A stretch of 64,000 nt of DNA. Origin: Oscillospiraceae bacterium (lineage in GTDB: Bacteria > Bacillota > Clostridia > Oscillospirales > JAAYXM01). Position numbers and translations under genes: made by a program. Where the stretch lies: positions 6,361-70,360 of the forward strand of contig SVLF01000007.1 in NCBI GenBank assembly GCA_015068085.1, read 5' to 3'. Below the pieces are notes generated by a model. It had not been told where the DNA came from, ran no database searches, and worked only from the letters and a program-made list of their open reading frames with translations. Below, one piece after another: positions 50,138 through 59,745 of the stretch (the stretch's first letter is position 1; every line of letters starts with the position of its first letter).

Positions 50138-50488
50138 ATGCACGAACCGAACTTTAAATCTTCACTATCTATGAATGAAATCGAAGAAAATTTCAAAAAC
50201 ATTGATTTCTTTTCCGGAATTATGGATGGTCTTAACGAGGCTCTTGCTTACGAAAAGGGAAAAGCTTCTTCTGTATCCTTTGCAAGAAAACAAAGCCTTC
50301 CTTCCGTAAACGTCGTCGAAATCAGAAAATCGCTTTCCATGACGCAAAAATCCTTCGCTTCTGTTCTCGGCGTTTCATCCCGCACTGTTGAGTCATGGGA
50401 AAGCGGAAAAACAACTCCAACCCCAACAGCAAAAAAACTGATACATTTAATTTCTCAAGATCATACACTGATTGATAGGTTGATGTAA
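50138..50488 (+). CDS. HigA-like XRE antitoxin
   Basis: MTQKSFA..LGVSSRTVESWESG..TP; toxin-first order. Confidence 0.9.
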   Translation: MHEPNFKSSLSMNEIEENFKNIDFFSGIMDGLNEALAYEKGKASSVSFARKQSLPSVNVVEIRKSLSMTQKSFASVLGVSSRTVESWESGKTTPTPTAKKLIHLISQDHTLIDRLM

Positions 50489-50509
50489 AACGCGCATTCA
50501 GTTACATCT

Positions 50510-50778
50510 GGGCTGTAGCAAAACAGCCCAGACCGCATAAAGTGTAAAAGTGATATTTTTTTGCAGATAACATCGGAAAAGTATATGGTATGAAGTATGA
50601 AAGTAAATTGAAAATTCGGCAGAAGCCGAATTTGAGGATTTAGTTACACTTTATGCGTAAAGCTTATCGGACCTCTCGACGTACTTATGTACTACTTCGG
50701 GTCCGATTTGCTCATTCTGCACTATTTTTCTAAAGCCCCAAAGGGATTGTAGCAAAATGCATTTCGCTACAATCCCCC
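50510..50778. repeat. MITE-like non-coding element with nested inverted repeats
   Basis: Ends GGGCTGTAGCAAAA / TTTCGCTACAATCCC; internal 14-bp IR 50534-50547/50644-50657; further hairpins. Confidence 0.55.
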
Positions 50779-50785
50779 GTAAATT

Positions 50786-53557
50786 TTAGTTTGCGTAAAT
50801 TACGCGGTATGTGCCGTTGTCGTTGTAGATGAGGTATGCTGTTGCAGCATCCACATCCGCACTGTCATACGGCTTTGCGGTAAACTGGCCACGCAAATTG
50901 TTCTTCGCTTCGCGGGATACTGCACGGCTGTTTGCAGAATTTATTTTTGCATTTGCTCCGAAGAGAATACCAACTTCAACAATGTTCGCGCCGTTAGCAT
51001 CGTAAGAAATCATTCTTGCACCATCTGTTTTCTTATCGTCGATTGAGATAATCGGCTTGTTGTCATTTTCTGCTTCTTCAAATGTAATCGTTGCTTCGCT
51101 CCATACGCAGTAGGTGTAGCTCGTTCCGTAAGCAACCGTCTCGCCGTTTACTTTCCAGAAGCCGGCATTATCTGCGCTCATCTCTATTTCCGTATCATAT
51201 GCATATGTACCGGATGATTTATTGCTTGTCACATTTGCCGGAACCGTTACAGCAAAGCTGTCTGTGTCCGTAAACTTTGCAACAACGCGGGTAAGCTTTT
51301 CAAACACCTTATCTGCTGCAATTTTACTCTCACCGTCTACCGTCCAGAAGAAGCTGTTGTAACCTGTAAGAGTCGGTGTTACGCCATTTGCAAGCGTACC
51401 AAACGTTTCATTATCGACAGCCTTGCTTGCAAGGAACTGTCCGTTGAAGTTGTAGAATTCAACGTTTACCGCTGCATCAGTTGCAGTGTCAACATCATAA
51501 ACTGCGGTGAGATAGGTGTTTGTAAGAAGCGGGAAAGAATATGTTTTGCTTGTCGTTACCCACACGCCGTTATCACGGCTTCCGCGCTTCCAGCCGCGGA
51601 AGATGTATCCCTCAACATCACTTGCTGTTACCTTAACTGTTTTTCCGGGAGTTATATCTGGTGTTGTATTTCCGACTTTATAGTCTTCAATATTCGTCGT
51701 GACTCCTGCATTATCCGCAAGAGTTGATGTTGCCATAAACTGAACAGTTTCTACTTCATCTGTTGCAGTTTTATCAACAACCGTAACTGTTCGCGTTGCG
51801 GTTACTGCATTGTCATCCTCGCCAATTGTTGCGGTAATGTCTGCTGTACCTGTTCCGACTGCTGTGATTGTTTTGCCTTCCACCTTAACAACAGATGTAT
51901 CTGAGCTTACATAAGTTGTCGTATCATCGCTCTGTGCTATGACATCACCATTAGTGTCACAAGCTATCGCACCGGTGATGGTTGCAGTGTTATCAGTGTC
52001 ATTAAGGGTAAGAGTTGTCTTGTCCATCTCGACTATCGCCGGCATGGGAAGTGTTACGCCTGTGCCGTTGGTAAGGGTGAAGTTACCGACATATCCGTAT
52101 CCGTCACTTGCTAAGAAAGAAATAATATGATATCCTTTTTCAAGTTCAATACCTGTCATAACATTAGGTTCACTTCTGACCGCATAATCATCCGCAGTTG
52201 CACTTGTTCTGTCGCAACTATATTCAGCTACTTTTCTTCCTAATTTCTCATTCCCGTTTGTCAATTCTACATTTTCTGCGTCGCTGACCCAAACCTCTGT
52301 ATTTCCCGCTCCTGTATACTCCTGATTCCACATCTCCATAGTGTAATTACCTGTTTGCGGAACATATATTTCAAAAGCAAGCGCAATCGTATTCGTCAAC
52401 TGAATTCCCGGTTTAGACAAGCGAAGTCTCAAATTTCCTCCGGATTGAGCCGGATTTGCAGTCTTAGAATTGTGTCCATAATATCTGTAGAATCCCTTCG
52501 AATAATCATAAGTAAGCGCTGTTAAAAAACCTTCGTTCAACCTATCCAACATACCGTCTCCGATTTGGTAATCAATCGAAACGCCTTCTGCGGTGACAGT
52601 TATTTTTTCAGAAGATGCTACTTCCGGATAACCGTCTACAGTTGCAGTGATTGTAGTTGTACCATAAGCTTTCGCCGTGATAGCACCATTTTCATCAACA
52701 GTTGCTATGTTTTTATCACTACTAGAATAAGTAACCTTGTAATCCTCCGGTGCAACTGAACCGTCACTCATATATGCAGTCGCTGTCATCTGTGCTGTTT
52801 CGCCAATCTGAAGCTCTGTCTTATCATCAACAACGACAGTATCCATTGTCATTGGAATTAAATTCACGTCATTTTCTCCGTCACCATCAAGAGTGATGGT
52901 TCCCGGATACAAGCGTGCGTTTGTACTATCTGTTTTTCCAGCAATTCCCTTATAAACAACTAAATATGTTCCGGATTCTGAAAACTCATAGTCCCCTACG
53001 TTTACCTGAGTTTCGCTATTTTTACTGCTTCCGTCATTAAGAAAATCCAAACTTGTTGTCTGTGCTGTTTTATCTACCAACGCCTCAGCTATCTGAGCAT
53101 CTGTGTATTCTGTACCGGTAGTTTCATTAATCAAAGGAAGTATCCACATTCCAGCCTGCTGTGCTGCGCCAGCAGTAGTGGATGAATCTTTCATATAACC
53201 ATGGTTGAGAACTATGTCATATTTTCCTTTTCGAGGAACATATATTTCAATCGCTACCCAATCACCAACCAAAGCATTATAATAAATACAATACGAATTT
53301 TGTACACTAAACACCCTGTTTGTTGCTTTCGAATTATATTTCCAAAAACCATTTGTATCATCGAAAGTAACTTTGGTTAAATCTTCCCCTATCGCCGTAT
53401 CATTAAAATTATACCCCGCACCGGAAACCATTCCATACTTCACCGTAATCCCGGAGTATTCCATTTCCGTCTCCGTCGTTGTATCTTCCGCAAATACTGC
53501 GGGAACGAGGCTTATGATGAGTGCCAATGCGAGTAATGTGCTTAAAAATCTTTTCAC
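50786..53557 (-). CDS. Secreted multi-domain protein with CBM-like and Big_2 modules
   Basis: Signal peptide; YSSSDKNIATVDENG; N-terminal ~400 aa paralogous to the 47040 gene. Confidence 0.85.
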   Translation of the reverse strand: MKRFLSTLLALALIISLVPAVFAEDTTTETEMEYSGITVKYGMVSGAGYNFNDTAIGEDLTKVTFDDTNGFWKYNSKATNRVFSVQNSYCIYYNALVGDWVAIEIYVPRKGKYDIVLNHGYMKDSSTTAGAAQQAGMWILPLINETTGTEYTDAQIAEALVDKTAQTTSLDFLNDGSSKNSETQVNVGDYEFSESGTYLVVYKGIAGKTDSTNARLYPGTITLDGDGENDVNLIPMTMDTVVVDDKTELQIGETAQMTATAYMSDGSVAPEDYKVTYSSSDKNIATVDENGAITAKAYGTTTITATVDGYPEVASSEKITVTAEGVSIDYQIGDGMLDRLNEGFLTALTYDYSKGFYRYYGHNSKTANPAQSGGNLRLRLSKPGIQLTNTIALAFEIYVPQTGNYTMEMWNQEYTGAGNTEVWVSDAENVELTNGNEKLGRKVAEYSCDRTSATADDYAVRSEPNVMTGIELEKGYHIISFLASDGYGYVGNFTLTNGTGVTLPMPAIVEMDKTTLTLNDTDNTATITGAIACDTNGDVIAQSDDTTTYVSSDTSVVKVEGKTITAVGTGTADITATIGEDDNAVTATRTVTVVDKTATDEVETVQFMATSTLADNAGVTTNIEDYKVGNTTPDITPGKTVKVTASDVEGYIFRGWKRGSRDNGVWVTTSKTYSFPLLTNTYLTAVYDVDTATDAAVNVEFYNFNGQFLASKAVDNETFGTLANGVTPTLTGYNSFFWTVDGESKIAADKVFEKLTRVVAKFTDTDSFAVTVPANVTSNKSSGTYAYDTEIEMSADNAGFWKVNGETVAYGTSYTYCVWSEATITFEEAENDNKPIISIDDKKTDGARMISYDANGANIVEVGILFGANAKINSANSRAVSREAKNNLRGQFTAKPYDSADVDAATAYLIYNDNGTYRVIYAN

Positions 53558-53614
53558 TTTGTTTTCCTCCTTGAATTTTGTTTTTATTTTAAATGTATTT
53601 GCTACTTAATTTAG

Positions 53615-53710
53615 TTTGGTGTTGTAATTACAACACCAAAGGGCATATGCCCTTTCGGATGGAAGCTTTCCCCTCTCGTGTCATCCTGAGGCTTGCCGAA
53701 GGATCTCCCG
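53615..53710. repeat. Cluster of palindromes / REP-like unit
   Basis: TTTGGTGTTGTAATTACAACACCAAA, AAAGGGCATATGCCCTTT, GTCATCCTGAG...GAAGGATCT. Confidence 0.6.
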
Positions 53711-53740
53711 CGCATCCCTCCACTCTCGAAAGAGAAGCTT

Positions 53741-54781
53741 TTAAAACGGAGTTACCTTATATCCGTCCGTAACAGCGGTTGCATCTTCAATAAACGCAAG
53801 CAGCGCATCAAAGTCGGACGGAAGATGTGCGTGTCCGCCCTCGCGGAGACGATATGCAATGTTTTCCGGCACTCCGTAAAGCTCCCACACTTCTTTCGCG
53901 GCCTCGTGGGTGAGGTATGCCCCCTTCGGGTTTGCCCATGTATCGTCGCTTCCGTTCGTTTCAAGCAAGCATCGCGGTGCAACGCACGCTTTTAAGAAAT
54001 GCTGGTCAAACGGCAGCTCGTGGTCGCGCCCGATATATTCCTTGAGCTTCGGACCGAACCAGTATGCAACACCGCGCAGAATTTCTTCAAGACGCTCGTT
54101 TCCGCGCTTTCCGTCGCGCGGCTCTGTTCGATAGCGGAAGCATCCGCCACCGCCGCACCCCGAGCCATTCGGGTTTACAACGGCGAAGCGTTCATCAACC
54201 GCTCCGGCAAGAAGCACTGTCTTTCCCCCGCGGGAATGACCGGTTATCGTAACCTTTTCCGTATCAACAAACGGTAATGTTTCGAGCGCGTCCATCGCGC
54301 GGGAATATCCCCACGCCCACGCGGAAATTGCTCCAAAGGCAAGCCCCGGATACATTTCATAAATTCCGCCCGTGCGATCCTCATGGTGTAAATCCTTTGC
54401 AAACTCAACTCTGTTAAACTTTGCAACTACATATCCGCGCGCAATTGCATCGTCAATAACCGTGTCACTGCAATTGCGGTAGCATCCATCGCCGGTAAGG
54501 ATGACGGGGTATTTCTTTCCTTCCTCAAGCGGACGCGGCTTGAACACCTGCATCATAAAGTTAAACCGCTCATTAATATGAACCTTCATACTAAGCGCAT
54601 TTATCGGATGCTGAAGCTGTTCAACGCGGATGCTCTCCGGCTCCGGCGGAAGACCGCCGTACTCGAGGTCAACTATTCTATCAAGAATCTCACGTCGGCG
54701 CTTTCGCCACGCCTCTACGCTGTTTCCCGAATCAATCGGCGGAAGCGGCGCAAGGAGTCTGTCCTGCATACTTTTCATCAT
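53741..54781 (-). CDS. Alpha/beta hydrolase, CE15 glucuronoyl-esterase-like
   Basis: AISAWAWG, GHSRGGK, SGCGG, LPFDQH, DTWANP. Confidence 0.85.
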   Translation of the reverse strand: MMKSMQDRLLAPLPPIDSGNSVEAWRKRRREILDRIVDLEYGGLPPEPESIRVEQLQHPINALSMKVHINERFNFMMQVFKPRPLEEGKKYPVILTGDGCYRNCSDTVIDDAIARGYVVAKFNRVEFAKDLHHEDRTGGIYEMYPGLAFGAISAWAWGYSRAMDALETLPFVDTEKVTITGHSRGGKTVLLAGAVDERFAVVNPNGSGCGGGGCFRYRTEPRDGKRGNERLEEILRGVAYWFGPKLKEYIGRDHELPFDQHFLKACVAPRCLLETNGSDDTWANPKGAYLTHEAAKEVWELYGVPENIAYRLREGGHAHLPSDFDALLAFIEDATAVTDGYKVTPF

Positions 54782-54824
54782 CCCTTCCTCAATTTTTGTT
54801 AAAAATGTATTACATTACGGCTTT

Positions 54825-54865
54825 ATTATATATCCTATACAACCCGAATTTAATAAAATCGTTCA
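54825..54865 (-). promoter_or_regulatory. Regulon motif (copy 2 of 3)
   Basis: TTTAATAAAATCGTTCA ending 40 nt from the start of ATTATA. Confidence 0.8.
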
Positions 54866-54963
54866 TAATTTCAAAAATTTTTTTTACAAGGTTTTGTATG
54901 TTGACAAACAGGAACGAATGGTGCTATATTATAATTATAAATTCAAAAAAGGGATGTGAGAAA

Positions 54964-55896
54964 ATGGAAAAAGAGATGAAAAAAAGTAAAAACGCCATCA
55001 TTTCAAGCTCTATTTCTCCTTTTCTCACCGAAAGACCTCCGGTCAACGTAACTCACATTACCGAAATAGTGAAAGAACATACCTTCCCGCGCCACACAGA
55101 CTATCCCTCCATATGGATATGCCTTGACGGAGAGTTTCTCCTTCGCACCGAGCACGGAAATGTCCACTGCGCTTCCGGCAGCGTAGTAATTGTTCCTGCC
55201 GGAACTTTATACTATCCCGAGGTCTCCTCTGCCGGCAAGCTTTCCGTTATGCGTATATTTACGGAATACAACACCTACAAGAATGTTAACCACGCGGCTT
55301 TCATCAGTTCCATCACGCACCTGCTTCTGCACGCATTTTCAAAGGAGCTGGGCTTTGAGCCTGTGCGCACGGTCATTCTTTCCGCAGCTTCTCTCGAACA
55401 AGCAAAAACGCTTTTCTTCGCTCCGTCGCTTAAATCCATTGAAAAGTTCTTTTCTTTACCGGAGTTTTCTCTTTCCGATAAACAAAAAAAGACGGCGCTT
55501 TCCGTCTTCTCAAGGCGTCTTTTGCCGGTGCTTGATGCTATGACGTATATTCATAAAAATTACTCGCAGAAAATCACCAGCGAAAGTCTTGCAAAAGCAA
55601 GCAGGCTTTGCCGCACAAATCTTTTTACGCTTTTTAAAAGATATCTTGACGTATCGCCACTGACCTATCTTGTTATGATACGGGTTGTACGCGCACAGTT
55701 TGCGCTCACGCACACACAATATTCCCTGCAGTATATATCCGATATGTGCGGCTTCGCAAACTGCTCACATATGAGCAAATGCTACAGACAGTATAAAGGC
55801 TTTTTGCCGAGAGAAGACAGAGCAAAGATGAAGAGATACCGTAAAAAATATCCCAATCTTCACGTATCTCACGATTACTTTTTTAAAGAAGAGTAA
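54964..55896 (+). CDS. AraC-family regulator
   Basis: N-terminal cupin; C-terminal LFKRY...ISDMCGFANCSHM; divergent from the CE15 gene. Confidence 0.9.
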   Translation: MEKEMKKSKNAIISSSISPFLTERPPVNVTHITEIVKEHTFPRHTDYPSIWICLDGEFLLRTEHGNVHCASGSVVIVPAGTLYYPEVSSAGKLSVMRIFTEYNTYKNVNHAAFISSITHLLLHAFSKELGFEPVRTVILSAASLEQAKTLFFAPSLKSIEKFFSLPEFSLSDKQKKTALSVFSRRLLPVLDAMTYIHKNYSQKITSESLAKASRLCRTNLFTLFKRYLDVSPLTYLVMIRVVRAQFALTHTQYSLQYISDMCGFANCSHMSKCYRQYKGFLPREDRAKMKRYRKKYPNLHVSHDYFFKEE

Positions 55897-55948
55897 AAAA
55901 ATCCCTGCAGCTCAATCCGTCAGGATTTAACCGCAGGGTATTTTTTAT

Positions 55949-56800
55949 TTATTTTTCCAAAAACAGAACGCCGAGGGTGCCGGGACCGCAGTGGGTGGAA
56001 ATAGTACAGCTCGCACGGCTCGTGTATATTTCCTTAAACAATCCGGTGGCTTCGACCTGCTTTTTAACAGCGGCAAGCCGCTCCTCCGGCACGCCCGAAT
56101 GGGTAATATACATACGCTCCGGACGGACATTCGGATATTTTTCAAACTGCTCGGAAACATACTGAGAGAGAACTCTGTCCATATTTCCGCGATATTTTTT
56201 TGCCGCGTGAAGCTCGCCGGTTTCGTTATCAACTTCAATGGACACCTTAAGCCCGAGCATTCCCGCCGCAAGCGCCGCAACGCCGGAGCAACGCCCGCCC
56301 GCCTTCATAAAGTCAAGCGTTTCAAGGACGAAGCTACAGTGGCTTTTGGCACGGAGAGCCGATACCTCTTCCACAATCTGCTCTGCAGGAAGACCTTGTG
56401 CTATTCTCTCCCCTGCCTCTATTACAAGAAGCGCAATTGCGCTTGAAACATTGCGGGAGTCGATAACATGCACTCCCGGAAGCTCTGCCGCCGCAAGCAG
56501 GCATGACTGGTAGCTGCTCGTTATTGCAGAGGAAAGCGTTATATGAATAACCTCATAGCCTTTATCCGTCCATTGACTGAAATATTCGATATACTCCTGC
56601 GGATTTATTGCGGATGTTTTGGGAAGCGTGCCGTCTTTACGGAACGCCGCATAAAGGTCATCCGGAAAAACATCAACGCTATCCATATATTTTTTATCGT
56701 TAAGAGTGATTGAATACGAAATAAGATTTACGGAATACTTTTCCTGAAGTTCCGGACCGATATCGCAGGTACGGTCTGCGCTGAGAATAATCTTGGGCAT
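55949..56800 (-). CDS. DegV-family fatty-acid binding protein
   Basis: PKTSA, LSSAITSSY, VIDS, GGR, HCGPG. Confidence 0.93.
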   Translation of the reverse strand: MPKIILSADRTCDIGPELQEKYSVNLISYSITLNDKKYMDSVDVFPDDLYAAFRKDGTLPKTSAINPQEYIEYFSQWTDKGYEVIHITLSSAITSSYQSCLLAAAELPGVHVIDSRNVSSAIALLVIEAGERIAQGLPAEQIVEEVSALRAKSHCSFVLETLDFMKAGGRCSGVAALAAGMLGLKVSIEVDNETGELHAAKKYRGNMDRVLSQYVSEQFEKYPNVRPERMYITHSGVPEERLAAVKKQVEATGLFKEIYTSRASCTISTHCGPGTLGVLFLEK

Positions 56801-56844
56801 ATCCTAAGTCCCCTTTCTTTAAGCCGAGGAGGAAAAACTTGTTT

Positions 56845-57570
56845 TTATTCTTCCTCTTCCCAGTTATGATAGACGTTCTGAACGTCATCATTGTCTTCAA
56901 GCATATCAAGAAGCTTCTGCATATTCTTGATATCATCTTCATTTTCAAGCTTTGTGTACGTCTGCGGAACCATTTCGGACTCTGCAGATACAACGGTATA
57001 TCCCGCCGCTTCAAGAGCGCCGCTTACCTCAACAACGGAAGTCGGGTCGCAATAAACCTCAACAACCTCTTCCGAGACCTCAACGTCATCAGCGCCCGCA
57101 TCAAGGCACGCCAGCATAACGTCATCCTCATCGGCACCTGCGCGCTCGATAACAACAATGCCTTTGTTGTCAAACTGCCAGCCCACACAGCCGGTTGCAC
57201 CGAGATTTCCGCCGTATTTATCGAAATAATGACGAACCTCGGATGCTGTGCGGTTGCGGTTGTCCGTCATAGTTTCAACAATAACGGCAACGCCGCACGG
57301 ACCGTAGCCCTCATATACAATGGTTTCATAGTTTGCGCCGTCAGCACCTGAAGCACGCTCGATAATGCGCTTAATATTATCATTCGGCACATTATTTGCC
57401 TTTGCTTTTGCAAGGCAGGCAGCAAGCTTTGAGTTGCTTGCAGGGTCGGGGCCGCCCTCTTTTACGGCCACCGCCATTTCTCTTCCTATTTTAGTGAAAA
57501 TCTTCGCTCTCTGAGCATCGGTTTTTTCCTTCTTATGAAGAATATTCTTCCATTTTGAATGTCCTGACAT
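56845..57570 (-). CDS. yebC: YebC/PmpR-family protein
   Basis: MSGHSKW, YEGYGP, TDNRNRT, DDVQNVYHN. Confidence 0.96.
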   Translation of the reverse strand: MSGHSKWKNILHKKEKTDAQRAKIFTKIGREMAVAVKEGGPDPASNSKLAACLAKAKANNVPNDNIKRIIERASGADGANYETIVYEGYGPCGVAVIVETMTDNRNRTASEVRHYFDKYGGNLGATGCVGWQFDNKGIVVIERAGADEDDVMLACLDAGADDVEVSEEVVEVYCDPTSVVEVSGALEAAGYTVVSAESEMVPQTYTKLENEDDIKNMQKLLDMLEDNDDVQNVYHNWEEEE

Positions 57571-57712
57571 TTTAGTTCCTCATTCCTTAGGGTTTTATAT
57601 ATAATATATAAGTATACAACATTGTTATGATTTTTTCAAGCAAATTAAACCCATTTTTTCAATTTGGCAATAATTTATCCGGAGATGTGATGTTTTCACA
57701 CCCCCGGTCAAC

Positions 57713-58633
57713 CTATCTTTGCATTATTTGTCTGTTTTTTATCTCATCAAAATACTCTTTCTTTGTGCCGTAGGACAGATACGGTGCATAGCAGCTACTG
57801 TTTTTCTCGGTCCCGTCCTCTTTATAATATCCGCTGCAAAGACCATAGTGGTCGCTTCCGCCGGAAATGTAGAGTCCCTTATCATACGCTATGCGAAGAG
57901 CTTTTTCCTTTTCTTCATCCGTCATAAGGTGATGCCAGACCTCAAGCCCGTCTATGCCCATTTCAACAAGCGGCTCAATACATTCAAGCTGATCATGCGG
58001 ATGCGCAACGATAGCAATGCCACCCGCATCGTGAATGAGCTTTATTATCTCGTGCTCCTGCAAAAACGGATACGCCGGTTCTACCTCATGCCGATGAACA
58101 CCAAAAAGCTCACGGAAATACCATTCACGATCCGACGGTTGCATAAGTCCCTTTGCAAGAAGTGCGCGCCAGAGGTGGTCATTACAAAGCCATGTAACTC
58201 CTTTGTTAAACTCTAAAACCTCATCCCACTCTATCCCGTGTATCTTTCCAAGGCGAACCCCGCGCTCAAAAAGCGTCCGCGTCTGCTCCGTCTCACGGAA
58301 GCTCATTCCCGCAAGATACTCTTTCATTTTGGGATACTCGGGGTCAAAGTGATACCCGCAGATGTGAAACTCTGTAAGCAGATGAAACGCCGCACCTTTA
58401 TCTTTATTCTTTTCAAGCAGCTTTGACGGAGAGGAAAACTCAGCACCGAAAATTGTTTCAAGCCCAAGCTTTTCACACTCCTCACGCAGCTCTGTGTATC
58501 CCGTAACGGTATCGTGGTCGGTAAGCGCAAGTGCGCCGTAGCCTTCCTTCTTCGCTGCAGCGGCAAGCTGCTTCGGTGTGAATCCACCGTCCGAATGAGT
58601 TGAGTGGGTATGTAAATTCGCATATAGCTTCAT
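57713..58633 (-). CDS. PHP-domain phosphoesterase
   Basis: LHTHSTHSDG, ALTDHDT, AHP, GGSDHY. Confidence 0.9.
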   Translation of the reverse strand: MKLYANLHTHSTHSDGGFTPKQLAAAAKKEGYGALALTDHDTVTGYTELREECEKLGLETIFGAEFSSPSKLLEKNKDKGAAFHLLTEFHICGYHFDPEYPKMKEYLAGMSFRETEQTRTLFERGVRLGKIHGIEWDEVLEFNKGVTWLCNDHLWRALLAKGLMQPSDREWYFRELFGVHRHEVEPAYPFLQEHEIIKLIHDAGGIAIVAHPHDQLECIEPLVEMGIDGLEVWHHLMTDEEKEKALRIAYDKGLYISGGSDHYGLCSGYYKEDGTEKNSSCYAPYLSYGTKKEYFDEIKNRQIMQR

Positions 58634-58662
58634 AATGCAACCCAACTTTCTGTTTTTTATAA

Positions 58663-58703
58663 ATTATATCACCTGATTTTGTCAATTTTAGTAAAATCGT
58701 TCA
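58663..58703 (-). promoter_or_regulatory. Regulon motif (copy 3 of 3)
   Basis: TTTTAGTAAAATCGTTCA ending 40 nt from the start of ATTATA. Confidence 0.8.
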
Positions 58704-58780
58704 TTTTGGAAAACACTTGAAAAGAAAAACACTCCTACAGCATTATTCACTGCAGGAGTGTAAAAATATTTTTGAGAATT

Positions 58781-59731
58781 TTATGCTTTGTTTGCGTTCT
58801 TAGTGAGCTTTACCCACACTGCGCCGGAGATGAACATTGAAGAGTAAAGACCTGCAACAACACCTACAACAAGCGGAATTGCAAAGTTGCGGATTGATGT
58901 TACGCCGAAAATTGCAATCATAACGATTGAGAGAAGAGTTGTTACCGTTGTATTTACGCTTCTTGTTGCACTCTGCCAGATGCTCTTGTTTACGATATCT
59001 GCAAAGCTTGTCTTCTTAATAAGCTTTCTGTTCTCACGGATGCGGTCGAAGATAACGATTGTTGCGTTAATGGAGTAACCAAGAATCGTAAGAACGACAG
59101 CGATGAATGTGAGATTAAGCGGAATTCTGAAGATAACGTATGCGCTGATAACAACGAGAACGTCGTGAGCAAGCGCAATAATTGCAGCAAGACCGGAGCG
59201 AACGTCAAAGCGGATTGCAATGTAGATAAGCATAAAGAGAATTGCAAGGAATGCCGCCTTGATTGCGGAATTGCGAAGGTCGTTACCCATTACCGGGTCA
59301 ACGTTGTCAACGGAGATAACGTCCGTGTGAGCTGTTTCGCCCTCAGCAACCGTCTCGGTTCCGTCGTGGAGACCGTATGCCTCCTTGAGTGCATTGAACG
59401 CTGCATCGCGCTGTTCGGAAGAGAGCGTTGCGCTCTTGAGAACAACCTGCTCGTCGCCGTCGCCGGACTTCTGAGCCGATGATATCTCTGCACCCGTTGC
59501 TTTTTCAACGATAGCCGTGATATTGTCAAGCTCAGCTTTATCAAGCTGCTTATGCATATTATAGGTCATTGTGGTTCCGCCGGCAAAGTCGATGTCAAGG
59601 TTGAAAAGATTTACACCGAACGGAAGGATGATGAGTGAAACAAGACCAATGAGAGCAAAGATGACGCCTATAAGAAAGAATACATTAGACTTGTTTACAA
59701 TATTTAACTTATTTTCCATTTTACTAAACAT
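58781..59731 (-). CDS. secF: Protein translocase subunit SecF
   Basis: DIDFAGG, ALAHD, GYSINATIVIFDRIRE. Confidence 0.96.
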   Translation of the reverse strand: MFSKMENKLNIVNKSNVFFLIGVIFALIGLVSLIILPFGVNLFNLDIDFAGGTTMTYNMHKQLDKAELDNITAIVEKATGAEISSAQKSGDGDEQVVLKSATLSSEQRDAAFNALKEAYGLHDGTETVAEGETAHTDVISVDNVDPVMGNDLRNSAIKAAFLAILFMLIYIAIRFDVRSGLAAIIALAHDVLVVISAYVIFRIPLNLTFIAVVLTILGYSINATIVIFDRIRENRKLIKKTSFADIVNKSIWQSATRSVNTTVTTLLSIVMIAIFGVTSIRNFAIPLVVGVVAGLYSSMFISGAVWVKLTKNANKA

Positions 59732-59745
59732 TATCTTTTTCCTCC

